Below are positions 8,183 through 16,423 of a stretch of 20,000 nt of DNA, one piece after another. Position numbers and translations under genes: made by a program. The DNA is from an uncultured virus (IMG/VR IMGVR_UViG_3300027159_000392) (taxonomy: Duplodnaviria; Heunggongvirae; Uroviricota; Caudoviricetes). The stretch is taken from the IMG/VR virus record IMGVR_UViG_3300027159_000392, one strand, 5' to 3'. The notes beneath the pieces are model-generated. The model was given only the letters and a program-made list of their open reading frames with translations, searched no databases and was not told the DNA's origin. Numbering within the stretch: the first letter of the stretch is position 1; every line of letters starts with the position of its first letter.

Positions 8183-8957
8183 AGAAATATTCGAAGAGGT
8201 ACAGAGATATACTGACTACGACTATGCGTTAGTACATTTATTTGAAGAAGATAAAGGGTACTTAGATCAGTTTAAAAAGGCAGCAGTAAAAGGTAGGGAG
8301 ATTATTTTAGATAACTCTATATTTGAATTAGAAGAGGCTTTCGATGCAGATAAATTTAATAAATGGGTTAACGAACTTAAACCAACTTGGTATATAGTCC
8401 CAGATGCTTTAGAAGACGCTGGTAAAACTTGCGACCAGATGGAAGACTGGATTAATAAAGGATACGGTTACGAAGGTAGTGGTAAAATAGGAGTTGTTCA
8501 AGGTAGGACATATGATGAAATTGTAGATTGCTACAACTATATGAACAAGACAGCAGATGTAGATATGATAGCTATATCATTTGATTACTCGTATTATACA
8601 CAATCAGTTCCTCATGCTAACAAGTATGTTAGCTGGATGCTAGGACGTGTTAAGCTACTGGGAGATTTACTTAGAGACGGTGTGATCAATACAGCTAAAC
8701 CTCATCACTTACTAGGATGTGGATTACCTCAAGAATTTAGTTTTTATAAGCATTCCGATTATGATTGGATATATTCACTTGATACTTCTAATCCTGTAGT
8801 TCACGGTATTAAAGGTATATCATATGGATCAGATGGGTTATGGTCTAAAGAAAGACAGAAACTTCATGAACTGATTAATTCTGAGATTGATGATATTCAG
8901 TTAGGCACAATTAAAAATAATATTCAGAAATTTAAATGGTATACTAATGGCAACTAA
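8154..8957 (+). CDS. dpdA: TGT-fold guanine transglycosylase-like protein (phage DpdA, possibly DpdA3 subfamily)
   Basis: Motifs matching the TGT barrel: ILDNS (cf. DSGG), IVPD, GVVQG (cf. GIVQG), KPHHLLGCG.P (cf. KPRYLMGVG.P), SLDTSNP (cf. FD...P); embedded in the folE/que cluster. Confidence 0.68.
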   Translation: MIKIAHESPKEIFEEVQRYTDYDYALVHLFEEDKGYLDQFKKAAVKGREIILDNSIFELEEAFDADKFNKWVNELKPTWYIVPDALEDAGKTCDQMEDWINKGYGYEGSGKIGVVQGRTYDEIVDCYNYMNKTADVDMIAISFDYSYYTQSVPHANKYVSWMLGRVKLLGDLLRDGVINTAKPHHLLGCGLPQEFSFYKHSDYDWIYSLDTSNPVVHGIKGISYGSDGLWSKERQKLHELINSEIDDIQLGTIKNNIQKFKWYTNGN

Positions 8958-9495
8958 GACTTGGATAGCATTTTTTAGTCAGACTGGAGCTGAAATAGCT
9001 GATATAGCTGAATCGTTAGGTAGATGGCCAGATCGGATTATTACAAACGATAGACCTGAGCATCTTAGAACTATAGACCCTAGGATTGAAAAACAAGGTT
9101 ACTTTACCTTTAGTAATAAACCTGATGAAGAAGAGTATGAAGACTTATTAGTATACTTTCCGGAAGCATTAATAACTCTACATGGTTGGTTAAGAATAAT
9201 GCCTCCTTCTATATGTGAAAAATATATTATAATTAACGGGCATCCAGGTTTAATAACTGAGTACCCTGAACTTAAAGGTAAAGATCCTCAGATTAGAGCT
9301 TTCGAAGGTATTAACGAAGGTAAGTACCCTATAGCAGGAACTGTTCTGCATAGAGTTACCGCTGGAGTAGATGAAGGTAAAATTATAATGGAAGAAAGAT
9401 TTAATACTTTTCAGGTGGAGCTTGAAGATTTATTTCGTATCTTAAGAGACAGAGGGTTATATATGTGGTGTAACTTTTTAAGAGAAGCTTTATGA
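8947..9495 (+). CDS. PurN-like formyltransferase (DpdN-like preQ1 formyltransferase)
   Basis: FSQTG, LHGWLRI, IINGHPGL, G.VLHRVTAGVDEG.II: catalytic N-x-H and D of the GAR transformylase fold; adjacent to the DpdA-like gene. Confidence 0.82.
   Translation: MATKTWIAFFSQTGAEIADIAESLGRWPDRIITNDRPEHLRTIDPRIEKQGYFTFSNKPDEEEYEDLLVYFPEALITLHGWLRIMPPSICEKYIIINGHPGLITEYPELKGKDPQIRAFEGINEGKYPIAGTVLHRVTAGVDEGKIIMEERFNTFQVELEDLFRILRDRGLYMWCNFLREAL
9415..9443 (+). promoter_or_regulatory. Internal promoter candidate driving kinase-nuclease-queF
   Basis: GTG at 9415 and TTCGTATCTT at 9434-9443, the same spacing as the intergenic copies. Confidence 0.45.
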
Positions 9496-10013
9496 TAAAA
9501 AGAATAGCATTAGTAGGAGCAAGTAGTACAGGTAAGACTACTGTTTACGAATTACTTAAAAATAAATTACCTAAGTATGAGTTTGTTAATGAATCTACTA
9601 GAACAGTAGGTAGTTACGGATTTCCTATTAATGAAAAAGGTACCGATGCTACTCAATTAGCTATTAGTAGTTTTCATTTGGAAGCTTTACTTCAACCTTA
9701 TAACTTAGTATTAGATAGATGTTATATGGATGTTTTAGTTTACTCTAGATTTATGAAAGGAGTAACTACATATACGAACGATTATATAGAAGATACTTGG
9801 AATAGAATAAAGAGCGAATATACTCATTATGTTTATTTCCCTATTGAATTCGATTCAGTAGACGATGGAGTTAGAAGTGTAGATGAACAATGGAGAAAGG
9901 AAATAGATAGTGAGTTTAAAGCTGTTCTTGAAGGTGTACGTCAACCTTATTTGACGATAACTGGTTCCCCTATGCAAAGGGTAGAACAAATTTTAGATTT
10001 TATAAATGTTTAG
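9492..10013 (+). CDS. P-loop nucleotide kinase (NadR/AAA_28-like; putative dNMP kinase)
   Basis: Walker A GASSTGKTT, VLDRCYMD, DDGVR. Confidence 0.78.
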   Translation: MIKRIALVGASSTGKTTVYELLKNKLPKYEFVNESTRTVGSYGFPINEKGTDATQLAISSFHLEALLQPYNLVLDRCYMDVLVYSRFMKGVTTYTNDYIEDTWNRIKSEYTHYVYFPIEFDSVDDGVRSVDEQWRKEIDSEFKAVLEGVRQPYLTITGSPMQRVEQILDFINV

Positions 10014-10371
10014 ATACGGAGCAAAATTATTAAGAGTAGTTGATGGTGACACAGCAGATGTTATGATCGACTTAGGATTCAGTACTTGGGTTAAAGCAAG
10101 ACTTAGATTCAAAGGTGTAGATACCTGGGAAAAGAGAACAAGAAACTTAGAAGAAAAAGCTAAAGGTCTTCTTGCTTCTGATTTTACGAAAAAATATTTA
10201 GAGATGAATGATGGTAAGTTTGAAATACAATCTTACGGTAAAGGTAAGTACGGTAGAGTACTTGCAGAAATATTCATCAAAGGAGAAGAAAAATCTCTTA
10301 ATGATTTATTAATAGAAAACGGACACGCTTATGTTTATGAGGGTGGTAAAAAACAATTATTTAAAGGTTAA
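10006..10371 (+). CDS. Thermonuclease (SNase-like), no signal peptide
   Basis: RVVDGDT, R.R..GVDT.E, GKYGRVLA, N..L...GHA..Y.GG. Confidence 0.88.
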   Translation: MFRYGAKLLRVVDGDTADVMIDLGFSTWVKARLRFKGVDTWEKRTRNLEEKAKGLLASDFTKKYLEMNDGKFEIQSYGKGKYGRVLAEIFIKGEEKSLNDLLIENGHAYVYEGGKKQLFKG

Positions 10372-10372
10372 T

Positions 10373-11284
10373 ATGGCAGAAGTTAAAAATTATCAAGAAG
10401 TAGTAGACATTGCGTCTAAACATTTAGGAAAAGTAGGTGGAGACGGGTATAAAGATACCTACGCACCAGAGCTATTAGTTAAAGTACCTCGCTATTTGAA
10501 TAGAGAAGGCTATGGATTAACTGATAAGGACTTTGTAGGAGTAGATACTTGGAACTGTTATGAAGTATCAGCAATTACAGATAAAGGCTTACCTGTTGCA
10601 GGAATGTTAAAAATTGTATGTCCTTCAAACTCTCAATATCACGTAGAATCTAAATCTATTAAGTTATACTTAAATTCTTTTAATATGACTAGATTAGGAG
10701 CTACTTCTGTGGATTGTATTATACAGATTGAAGAGAAGGTAAAAAGTGATTTAGATAAGTTACTTGAAACAGATACAACAGTAAGTTTTTACACAGATTC
10801 AGAAGACGGTAAAGCATTATCTTTTGAAGGTTATCAAGATTTAGCTGAGATTGCAGATTTAGATCAAATAGACTTCACTGCTTTCTCTTCAGATGCTTCT
10901 CAATTAGAAATAGAAACTGTATCAGAAGAGGCTAAAGAAGTAAAGTTAAGATCTAACCTATTAAGATCTAATTGTAGAGTAACTAATCAACCAGACTGGG
11001 GAGATGTCTTTATTAGAATGAAAGGAAAGAATATTCCTTCTCCTGAATCAGTAGCGAAGTATATTGTATCTCATAGAACTGTAAGTCACTTCCATGAAGA
11101 GATTTGTGAAATGGTATTTAAACATTTAACAGATGCATATCAACCAGAAGATTTAATGGTATCTTGTTTATATACTAGAAGAGGAGGATTAGATATTAAC
11201 CCTATTAGAGCTACTCATTCAAGGTTTATTCCTGATTTTTTCACTAATACTGATTACAGAATAGAAAAAACTTTAAGACAGTAA
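10373..11284 (+). CDS. queF: NADPH-dependent preQ0 reductase, bimodular type; likely start ATG 10373
   Basis: D.WN.YEVS, VESKSIKLYLNSFN, LLRSNCRVTNQPDWG, FHEEICE, YTRRGGLDINP. Confidence 0.93.
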   Translation: MAEVKNYQEVVDIASKHLGKVGGDGYKDTYAPELLVKVPRYLNREGYGLTDKDFVGVDTWNCYEVSAITDKGLPVAGMLKIVCPSNSQYHVESKSIKLYLNSFNMTRLGATSVDCIIQIEEKVKSDLDKLLETDTTVSFYTDSEDGKALSFEGYQDLAEIADLDQIDFTAFSSDASQLEIETVSEEAKEVKLRSNLLRSNCRVTNQPDWGDVFIRMKGKNIPSPESVAKYIVSHRTVSHFHEEICEMVFKHLTDAYQPEDLMVSCLYTRRGGLDINPIRATHSRFIPDFFTNTDYRIEKTLRQ

Positions 11285-11285
11285 T

Positions 11286-11546
11286 ATGGCTGATATTATA
11301 ATCGAAGAAGAAAGAGAGCTAATTGCTAAGAGAAAAGCTCCCGGAGATAATTGGATTCTGGAAAGAGATCAATCAACTGTTGTTGAAGGATTGGTTATGG
11401 CACTGACGATGTATATGAGAGCAACTAAGTTCAAAGGTGAGTATAGATTAGCTCCATTAGAGGGTAAACTCTATGCTATCAAAACACATGAAGTTGAGAT
11501 CGAAGAAAAAGAACCAATGAAATTTGACCTATACGGGGAATACTAA
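11286..11546 (+). CDS. Hypothetical protein
   Basis: 86-aa ORF tightly packed after queF. Confidence 0.7.
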   Translation: MADIIIEEERELIAKRKAPGDNWILERDQSTVVEGLVMALTMYMRATKFKGEYRLAPLEGKLYAIKTHEVEIEEKEPMKFDLYGEY

Positions 11547-12124
11547 TGTCCAGACTGTTAAAGAAGTACTCACTTAAATACCAATACTTACAACTTGAAT
11601 TAGAGGATACTCAAGAAGAGTATGACTCACAAGAAGTAGAGTGGAAAGAGATATTCGGAAAGTACTTCAATAACATTAAAACTGAAATGTGGGTTAATCA
11701 AGAAACTGGAGAGATGCGAGATAAACCTCCCGGTGAAGAAGAAAAAAAGAAGTCGAAAGAGAAAGCATCTAAAGTAAAGAAACTATATCGTTCGGCTTCT
11801 AAAATTGCTCATCCAGATAGAGGTGGAACTGAAGAGGAGTTTAATAATTTAAAAAGTTGCTATGAAAGTAATGACTTAATAGGACTTATTTCTTATGCTT
11901 CTGAAAAAGATATTCCTTTCGAGGTAGAAGAAGAAGATGAGCAATTGTTTGAATTGAGCTGTAAATCAGTTCAAGGAGATATAAGAAAACTTCGTACTTC
12001 TTTAATTTGGAATTTCTTCAATGGTGATGTTCAAATGAAAACTAGAGTAATAGCTCAATTAGAAATAGAACATAAAATCAAGATAGATTCAGAAAAAATT
12101 CTTAAGGAACTTTCTAGTAAATAA
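11546..12124 (+). CDS. J-domain-containing protein with N-terminal coiled coil
   Basis: KKLYRSASKIAHPDRGG.EEEF..L...YE (HPD motif). Confidence 0.78.
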   Translation: MSRLLKKYSLKYQYLQLELEDTQEEYDSQEVEWKEIFGKYFNNIKTEMWVNQETGEMRDKPPGEEEKKKSKEKASKVKKLYRSASKIAHPDRGGTEEEFNNLKSCYESNDLIGLISYASEKDIPFEVEEEDEQLFELSCKSVQGDIRKLRTSLIWNFFNGDVQMKTRVIAQLEIEHKIKIDSEKILKELSSK

Positions 12125-12156
12125 GTTGCCTCCCTGTATAATTTTTCTTATATTTA
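12125..12156 (+). promoter_or_regulatory. Bacteroidota-type promoter for the GIY-YIG/polA unit
   Basis: GTTG 12125-12128 and TTCTTATATTTA 12145-12156. Confidence 0.7.
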
Positions 12157-12184
12157 TGTATAAATAATTAGTAAAATAAAGGTT

Positions 12185-12619
12185 ATGAACAATATTAAAT
12201 ATTGGGGTAAAAAAGGATTTGTTAAAGTTGCTGACTTATTTGTTAGCGATAGATTAAAGCAGGGTGTAGATGTCAGCTTTAATTTAGATAAAGACGATTA
12301 TAAAAAACAACCTGGTGTATATTTAGTAGTCTCTGAAGAAGGTGAGATTCTTAAAATTGGTCAATCAGCTAATGTTTTTCATCGAATCAATACACAGTAT
12401 AAATGTATATCTAATTCAGGGAATGATAGAATTAGAGATGAGATTAAAAGGAAATATAAGAAGGTCTTCTTCTATGTTTTAAAAACTCCTAAGCAACAGT
12501 ATACTTTATTGGATTATTCTTTCTATATTAATTATCAGAAAGGCTTAGAAGAAGCTATGCTTCAAGATTACTATAAACAGATAGGAGATACTCCGGTTCT
12601 TAACTTACAACGAAATTAA
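12185..12619 (+). CDS. GIY-YIG-like nuclease-domain protein
   Basis: PGVYLV......ILKIGQS....RI..Y plus a C-terminal LE..(M)L......P.LN, matching GIY-YIG motif order. Confidence 0.6.
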   Translation: MNNIKYWGKKGFVKVADLFVSDRLKQGVDVSFNLDKDDYKKQPGVYLVVSEEGEILKIGQSANVFHRINTQYKCISNSGNDRIRDEIKRKYKKVFFYVLKTPKQQYTLLDYSFYINYQKGLEEAMLQDYYKQIGDTPVLNLQRN

Positions 12620-12632
12620 TAAAAGGTTATAT

Positions 12633-15020
12633 ATGCAATTAGAAAAAAAGTATTACACGGTCCAAGATGAAAAGACTCTTAAACTATTACATCAACATAT
12701 TATAGACTCAGACGTTATCGCAGTCGATACGGAAACTACCGGTCTTAATCCTCGTAAGAATAAGATTATTGGTTGGTCAGTATCTGGTGACGAAGGTATA
12801 GGTTTCTACTTACCTACATTAGTATTTGACTATGAGAAAAACGAATTAGTACTTCAGACTATTAACGATCAATCTACTGAAGTTATTAGTAAAAATTTAC
12901 TTAAACTTCTTAAAGGTAAGAAACTAGTATTTCACAATGCTTCCTTTGATGTTCAGTTTATAAAGAACTACTTTGGTGTAGATTTACTTCCCGATGTTTG
13001 GGTCGATACAGGACTTCTAGTACATACTGTGTACGAAGAAGGTGCATTTGGTTTTGGTAATCCCTTTGGGCTTAAGTCTATTGCAATTATGAACCAAAAG
13101 GAGTTAGGGCTTGATGTAGAAAAAGCTGCTAACGAAGAACAAGTAATACTAAAAGAAAGCATTAAAAAAAATGGAGGATCAGTTACAAAAGAGTTATACG
13201 AAATATATAAAGCAGATCTTGACATTCTTAGCAGATATGCTAGTGCTGATACTGATCTCACCCTTCGTATTTGCAATTTATATTTGGATAAGTTACGAAA
13301 GGAAGGCTTGGAGAAGTTCTTCTTCGAAGACGAAGTAATGCCAATCTATAGGGAGGTAACAGTTCCTATGGAAGCGAAAGGAGTAGACTTAGATGTAGAA
13401 CTGATTGATAGAATTCATAAAGAGATTACAGAAGATCAAGCAAAGAATAAAGAGATTGTTATGAAATCTTTATTAGAAGTATCAGAAGTAAAAGCATGGA
13501 TAGTAGATACTGCTACAGATGCTTACCCTCCTTCTCATAAAGGTAACTTCGCTCAGAGACTAGTACAACGTTACTCTCTTCCTTTACCTAAAAGCGAGAA
13601 AACTGGTAAATACTCTCTTACTCAAAAGAATATAGAGGAACTAGAAGACTCTAAGATTAAGGAGTTCTTACTTACCGGTGATCTAGAGTTAATCGACGAA
13701 GTAGAAAGAGCTAGAATATCTATGTCGCTATGGAAAGAGTCTAATGATGGTGAATACCTTAATATACAGTCTAAGAAACACTTAGGTGAGATTGTGTTTA
13801 AATACATGGGTATTAAACCTAAAGTATCAGGAGCGAATACTAAATCTGGTAGAGATAAATTTGATATGTCTATGGTAGAAGAGCTAGCAAAGACGTACCC
13901 TTGGGCTGAGAATTTACGTATATATAATAAGTTACTTAAGATCAAATCTACTTACGTAGACAGGTTTAGAGACCGTCAGGAAGACGGTAGATATTATTTC
14001 TACTTTAAACAAAATGGTACTGTATCTGGTCGATATGGTTCTGATGCTCAACAGTTACCGAAGCCCCTAGAAGAAGGAGAAGATGCTCCTGTAATCATGA
14101 AGTATGTAAATATAGTTAGAGAGTTCTTAATTGCCGGACCTGGTAGAAAGGTTATTGATGCGGATTACGAATCTCTAGAACCTCACTGCTTTGCTAGTGT
14201 TACAGGAGATAAAGCTCTTCAAGAGATCTTTAATAAAGGATGGGACTTCTATTCTACTGTAGCTATAAAAACTGAGAAGCTAAACGATCAAAGAGATAGA
14301 TTCCCTAACGGAGTCTCAGCTGATAAAAAAGCTGATAACTACCTTAAGAAGTTAGAACCAGTTGCTCGTAATAAAGCTAAAGCATACTCATTAGGTATTG
14401 CATACGGTATGGAAGCATATGCTCTTAAGATGACTTTAGATGTAGATCAAAAGACTGCTGAAGGACTTATAAAAGGTTACTTAGATGGTTTTCCTGAACT
14501 AGCAGCATGGAGAGAAAGATCAAGAGAAATGGTTAAGGCTTACGGTAAGATAGAAAACTATGTAGGACGTGTACGTCACTTACCTAAAGTTAAACGTATC
14601 TATGAGCAAGTTGGGGACCGTATGATGGACTGGAGATATAGAAAGCAACTAGAAACTCAGATACCTACTAAGACTAATCCAAAGACTGGTAAAATGATAT
14701 CTGCTAGAGATCAAGTTACTCAAGCCTATAGAGATTACCGTAACGGACTTAACAACTGTTTAAACTTTCAATTGCAGTCATTAGCAGCAGCAGTAGTAAA
14801 TAGAGCTGCTCTTGTTATCAACCGTAAAGCTAAAGAGCTAGGTATCGATGCTGTATGTCAAGCACAGGTTCATGATCAATTGATAATTAACGTAGCTGAG
14901 AAAGATGCTGCAATGTTTGCTCCTTACGTTCAAGAGATTATGGAGAATACGACTAAACTACCTGGAGTAACTTTAAAAGCACCTCCAGAGATTGCTAATA
15001 ATTGGTCAGAAGGACATTAA
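12633..15020 (+). CDS. polA: Family A DNA polymerase with 3'-5' exonuclease, lacking the 5'-3' nuclease
   Basis: ExoI DTETTG, ExoII FHNASFD, ExoIII YASAD; GTVSGRYGS, motif A DADYESLE, motif B R..AK...LG..YG, motif C QVHDQL. Confidence 0.95.
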   Translation: MQLEKKYYTVQDEKTLKLLHQHIIDSDVIAVDTETTGLNPRKNKIIGWSVSGDEGIGFYLPTLVFDYEKNELVLQTINDQSTEVISKNLLKLLKGKKLVFHNASFDVQFIKNYFGVDLLPDVWVDTGLLVHTVYEEGAFGFGNPFGLKSIAIMNQKELGLDVEKAANEEQVILKESIKKNGGSVTKELYEIYKADLDILSRYASADTDLTLRICNLYLDKLRKEGLEKFFFEDEVMPIYREVTVPMEAKGVDLDVELIDRIHKEITEDQAKNKEIVMKSLLEVSEVKAWIVDTATDAYPPSHKGNFAQRLVQRYSLPLPKSEKTGKYSLTQKNIEELEDSKIKEFLLTGDLELIDEVERARISMSLWKESNDGEYLNIQSKKHLGEIVFKYMGIKPKVSGANTKSGRDKFDMSMVEELAKTYPWAENLRIYNKLLKIKSTYVDRFRDRQEDGRYYFYFKQNGTVSGRYGSDAQQLPKPLEEGEDAPVIMKYVNIVREFLIAGPGRKVIDADYESLEPHCFASVTGDKALQEIFNKGWDFYSTVAIKTEKLNDQRDRFPNGVSADKKADNYLKKLEPVARNKAKAYSLGIAYGMEAYALKMTLDVDQKTAEGLIKGYLDGFPELAAWRERSREMVKAYGKIENYVGRVRHLPKVKRIYEQVGDRMMDWRYRKQLETQIPTKTNPKTGKMISARDQVTQAYRDYRNGLNNCLNFQLQSLAAAVVNRAALVINRKAKELGIDAVCQAQVHDQLIINVAEKDAAMFAPYVQEIMENTTKLPGVTLKAPPEIANNWSEGH

Positions 15021-15550
15021 TGGAAGGTATACTTATTATATCAGGTCCTAGAACTGGCAGTACTTATCTCGGTAACGAATTAAGTAAAAATTATGACTTT
15101 AAGTTTATTAGTGAACCAAGAGAGATAAAACATTTAAAGAAGGCTAAATGTATTAAATTAATACCTTTCAAAACTGTTGATTATACGTTAGATGATATAG
15201 TAGATTTTAGTAAGCGGTTTAGTAATATTATTTTACTACAACGTAAAGATAAAATTGCTCAAGCAGAATCTTGGCAAGCGCTACACGGAATGAAATACCT
15301 AAAACAAGGAGATCATTTGAAATGGCAAGCAGGAACTATAGAACCTAAATACCCTTTAGAGTTTTATGTTGATAAAATAAAGTACTTAGATGAAAAAATA
15401 GAATGGCTATCAAAAAAATTAAATATACCAATCTCATTTTATGAGGATATATACTATGAAGGTAAAGTACCTTACGATTTAATTTTTAAACCAGATCTAA
15501 GCAAGAGACTTAGACAAGAACAGAAAAAGAAAAAACAACGATATTTATAA
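15020..15550 (+). CDS. Second sulfotransferase-like protein; likely start ATG 15020, overlapping the polA stop
   Basis: ILIISGPRTGSTYL, SEP, IILLQRKD..AQAES, FYED, KRLR; collinear with 61-708. Confidence 0.65.
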   Translation: MEGILIISGPRTGSTYLGNELSKNYDFKFISEPREIKHLKKAKCIKLIPFKTVDYTLDDIVDFSKRFSNIILLQRKDKIAQAESWQALHGMKYLKQGDHLKWQAGTIEPKYPLEFYVDKIKYLDEKIEWLSKKLNIPISFYEDIYYEGKVPYDLIFKPDLSKRLRQEQKKKKQRYL

Positions 15551-15624
15551 CAAATGGAAGGCAGCCCAGAGCGCTTTAAATTTTAATTAACCGATGACCT
15601 TAGGGCATCACAAATACAAATGAT

Positions 15625-16044
15625 ATGAGTACATTAAGAAATGTAATATATGAGCGTAATCCGTTCGACATCTTAGTCAGGAACTTCCTGCAAACAGCTA
15701 ACAGGTATCAACCTTTAGCAGATTCCAAATTACCCCACCCAGTAGATATTTACGAAAGAGACAACGGTCTAGGACTAGACATTGCTTGTACCGGAATTTC
15801 TAAGGATGATATCCAAATTCTCGTTGAGGGTAATATAATCAGAGTAAATTACGATAAACCAAAAGAAGATGACTTAGGCGAATATATCCATAGAGGTATT
15901 GCTAAAAGATCATTTAACTTAGGTTGGAAAATAGATAGTCAGTTTAATTTAGGCAAAGCAACAGCTGAGTTTAAAAATGGACTATTGCAAGTTATTATCC
16001 CTTTTGCTAAAGGATCAGAGCCAAGAACTTTGAAAATTAGCTAA
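15625..16044 (+). CDS. Small heat-shock protein (Hsp20/IbpA family)
   Basis: P.DIY, IA..G..K.DI, YIHRGIAKRSF, A.FKNGLL.V.IP. Confidence 0.92.
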   Translation: MSTLRNVIYERNPFDILVRNFLQTANRYQPLADSKLPHPVDIYERDNGLGLDIACTGISKDDIQILVEGNIIRVNYDKPKEDDLGEYIHRGIAKRSFNLGWKIDSQFNLGKATAEFKNGLLQVIIPFAKGSEPRTLKIS

Positions 16045-16060
16045 ATAAACCAGCTCTGGG

Positions 16061-16091
16061 TTTGTTCTTCCAATTTTTATTCTTATATTAA
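16061..16091 (+). promoter_or_regulatory. Bacteroidota-type promoter for the groES-groEL-nadE unit
   Basis: TTTG 16061-16064 and TTCTTATATT 16080-16089. Confidence 0.62.
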
Positions 16092-16112
16092 TATAAATAA
16101 ACAAAGTTACAT

Positions 16113-16421
16113 ATGTCAAAACAGTTATTACCAACAAATGATAGGATTCTCCTCAAACCAATAGACGAAGGAGAACAAACTTACGGAAATATAGTTATCC
16201 CCGATATGGGTAAAGAGAAGCCTGAAATGGGTGAAGTACTTGCCGTCGGTCCTGGAAGACAGTCCGAATTAGATCCAAGTAAAATTATTAGTGTTAGATC
16301 CTGCAAAGTAGGAGATGTTGTACTAGTTCCTAAAATCGGTACATTACGTATTGATTTCGAAGGAGATGAGTACTACGTAGCGCAAGATAGAGAAATTTTA
16401 GCAGTTATTAAAGAAGCATAA
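16113..16421 (+). CDS. groES: Co-chaperonin GroES
   Basis: LLPTNDRIL, GNIVIPD..KEKP..GEVLAVGPG, KVGD.VL, EILAV. Confidence 0.95.
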   Translation: MSKQLLPTNDRILLKPIDEGEQTYGNIVIPDMGKEKPEMGEVLAVGPGRQSELDPSKIISVRSCKVGDVVLVPKIGTLRIDFEGDEYYVAQDREILAVIKEA

Positions 16422-16423
16422 GC

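Noticed and set aside
12633..15020. Intein or intron in polA
   Set aside because: The ORF is continuous and of normal size; no intein splice motifs or LAGLIDADG domain were seen.
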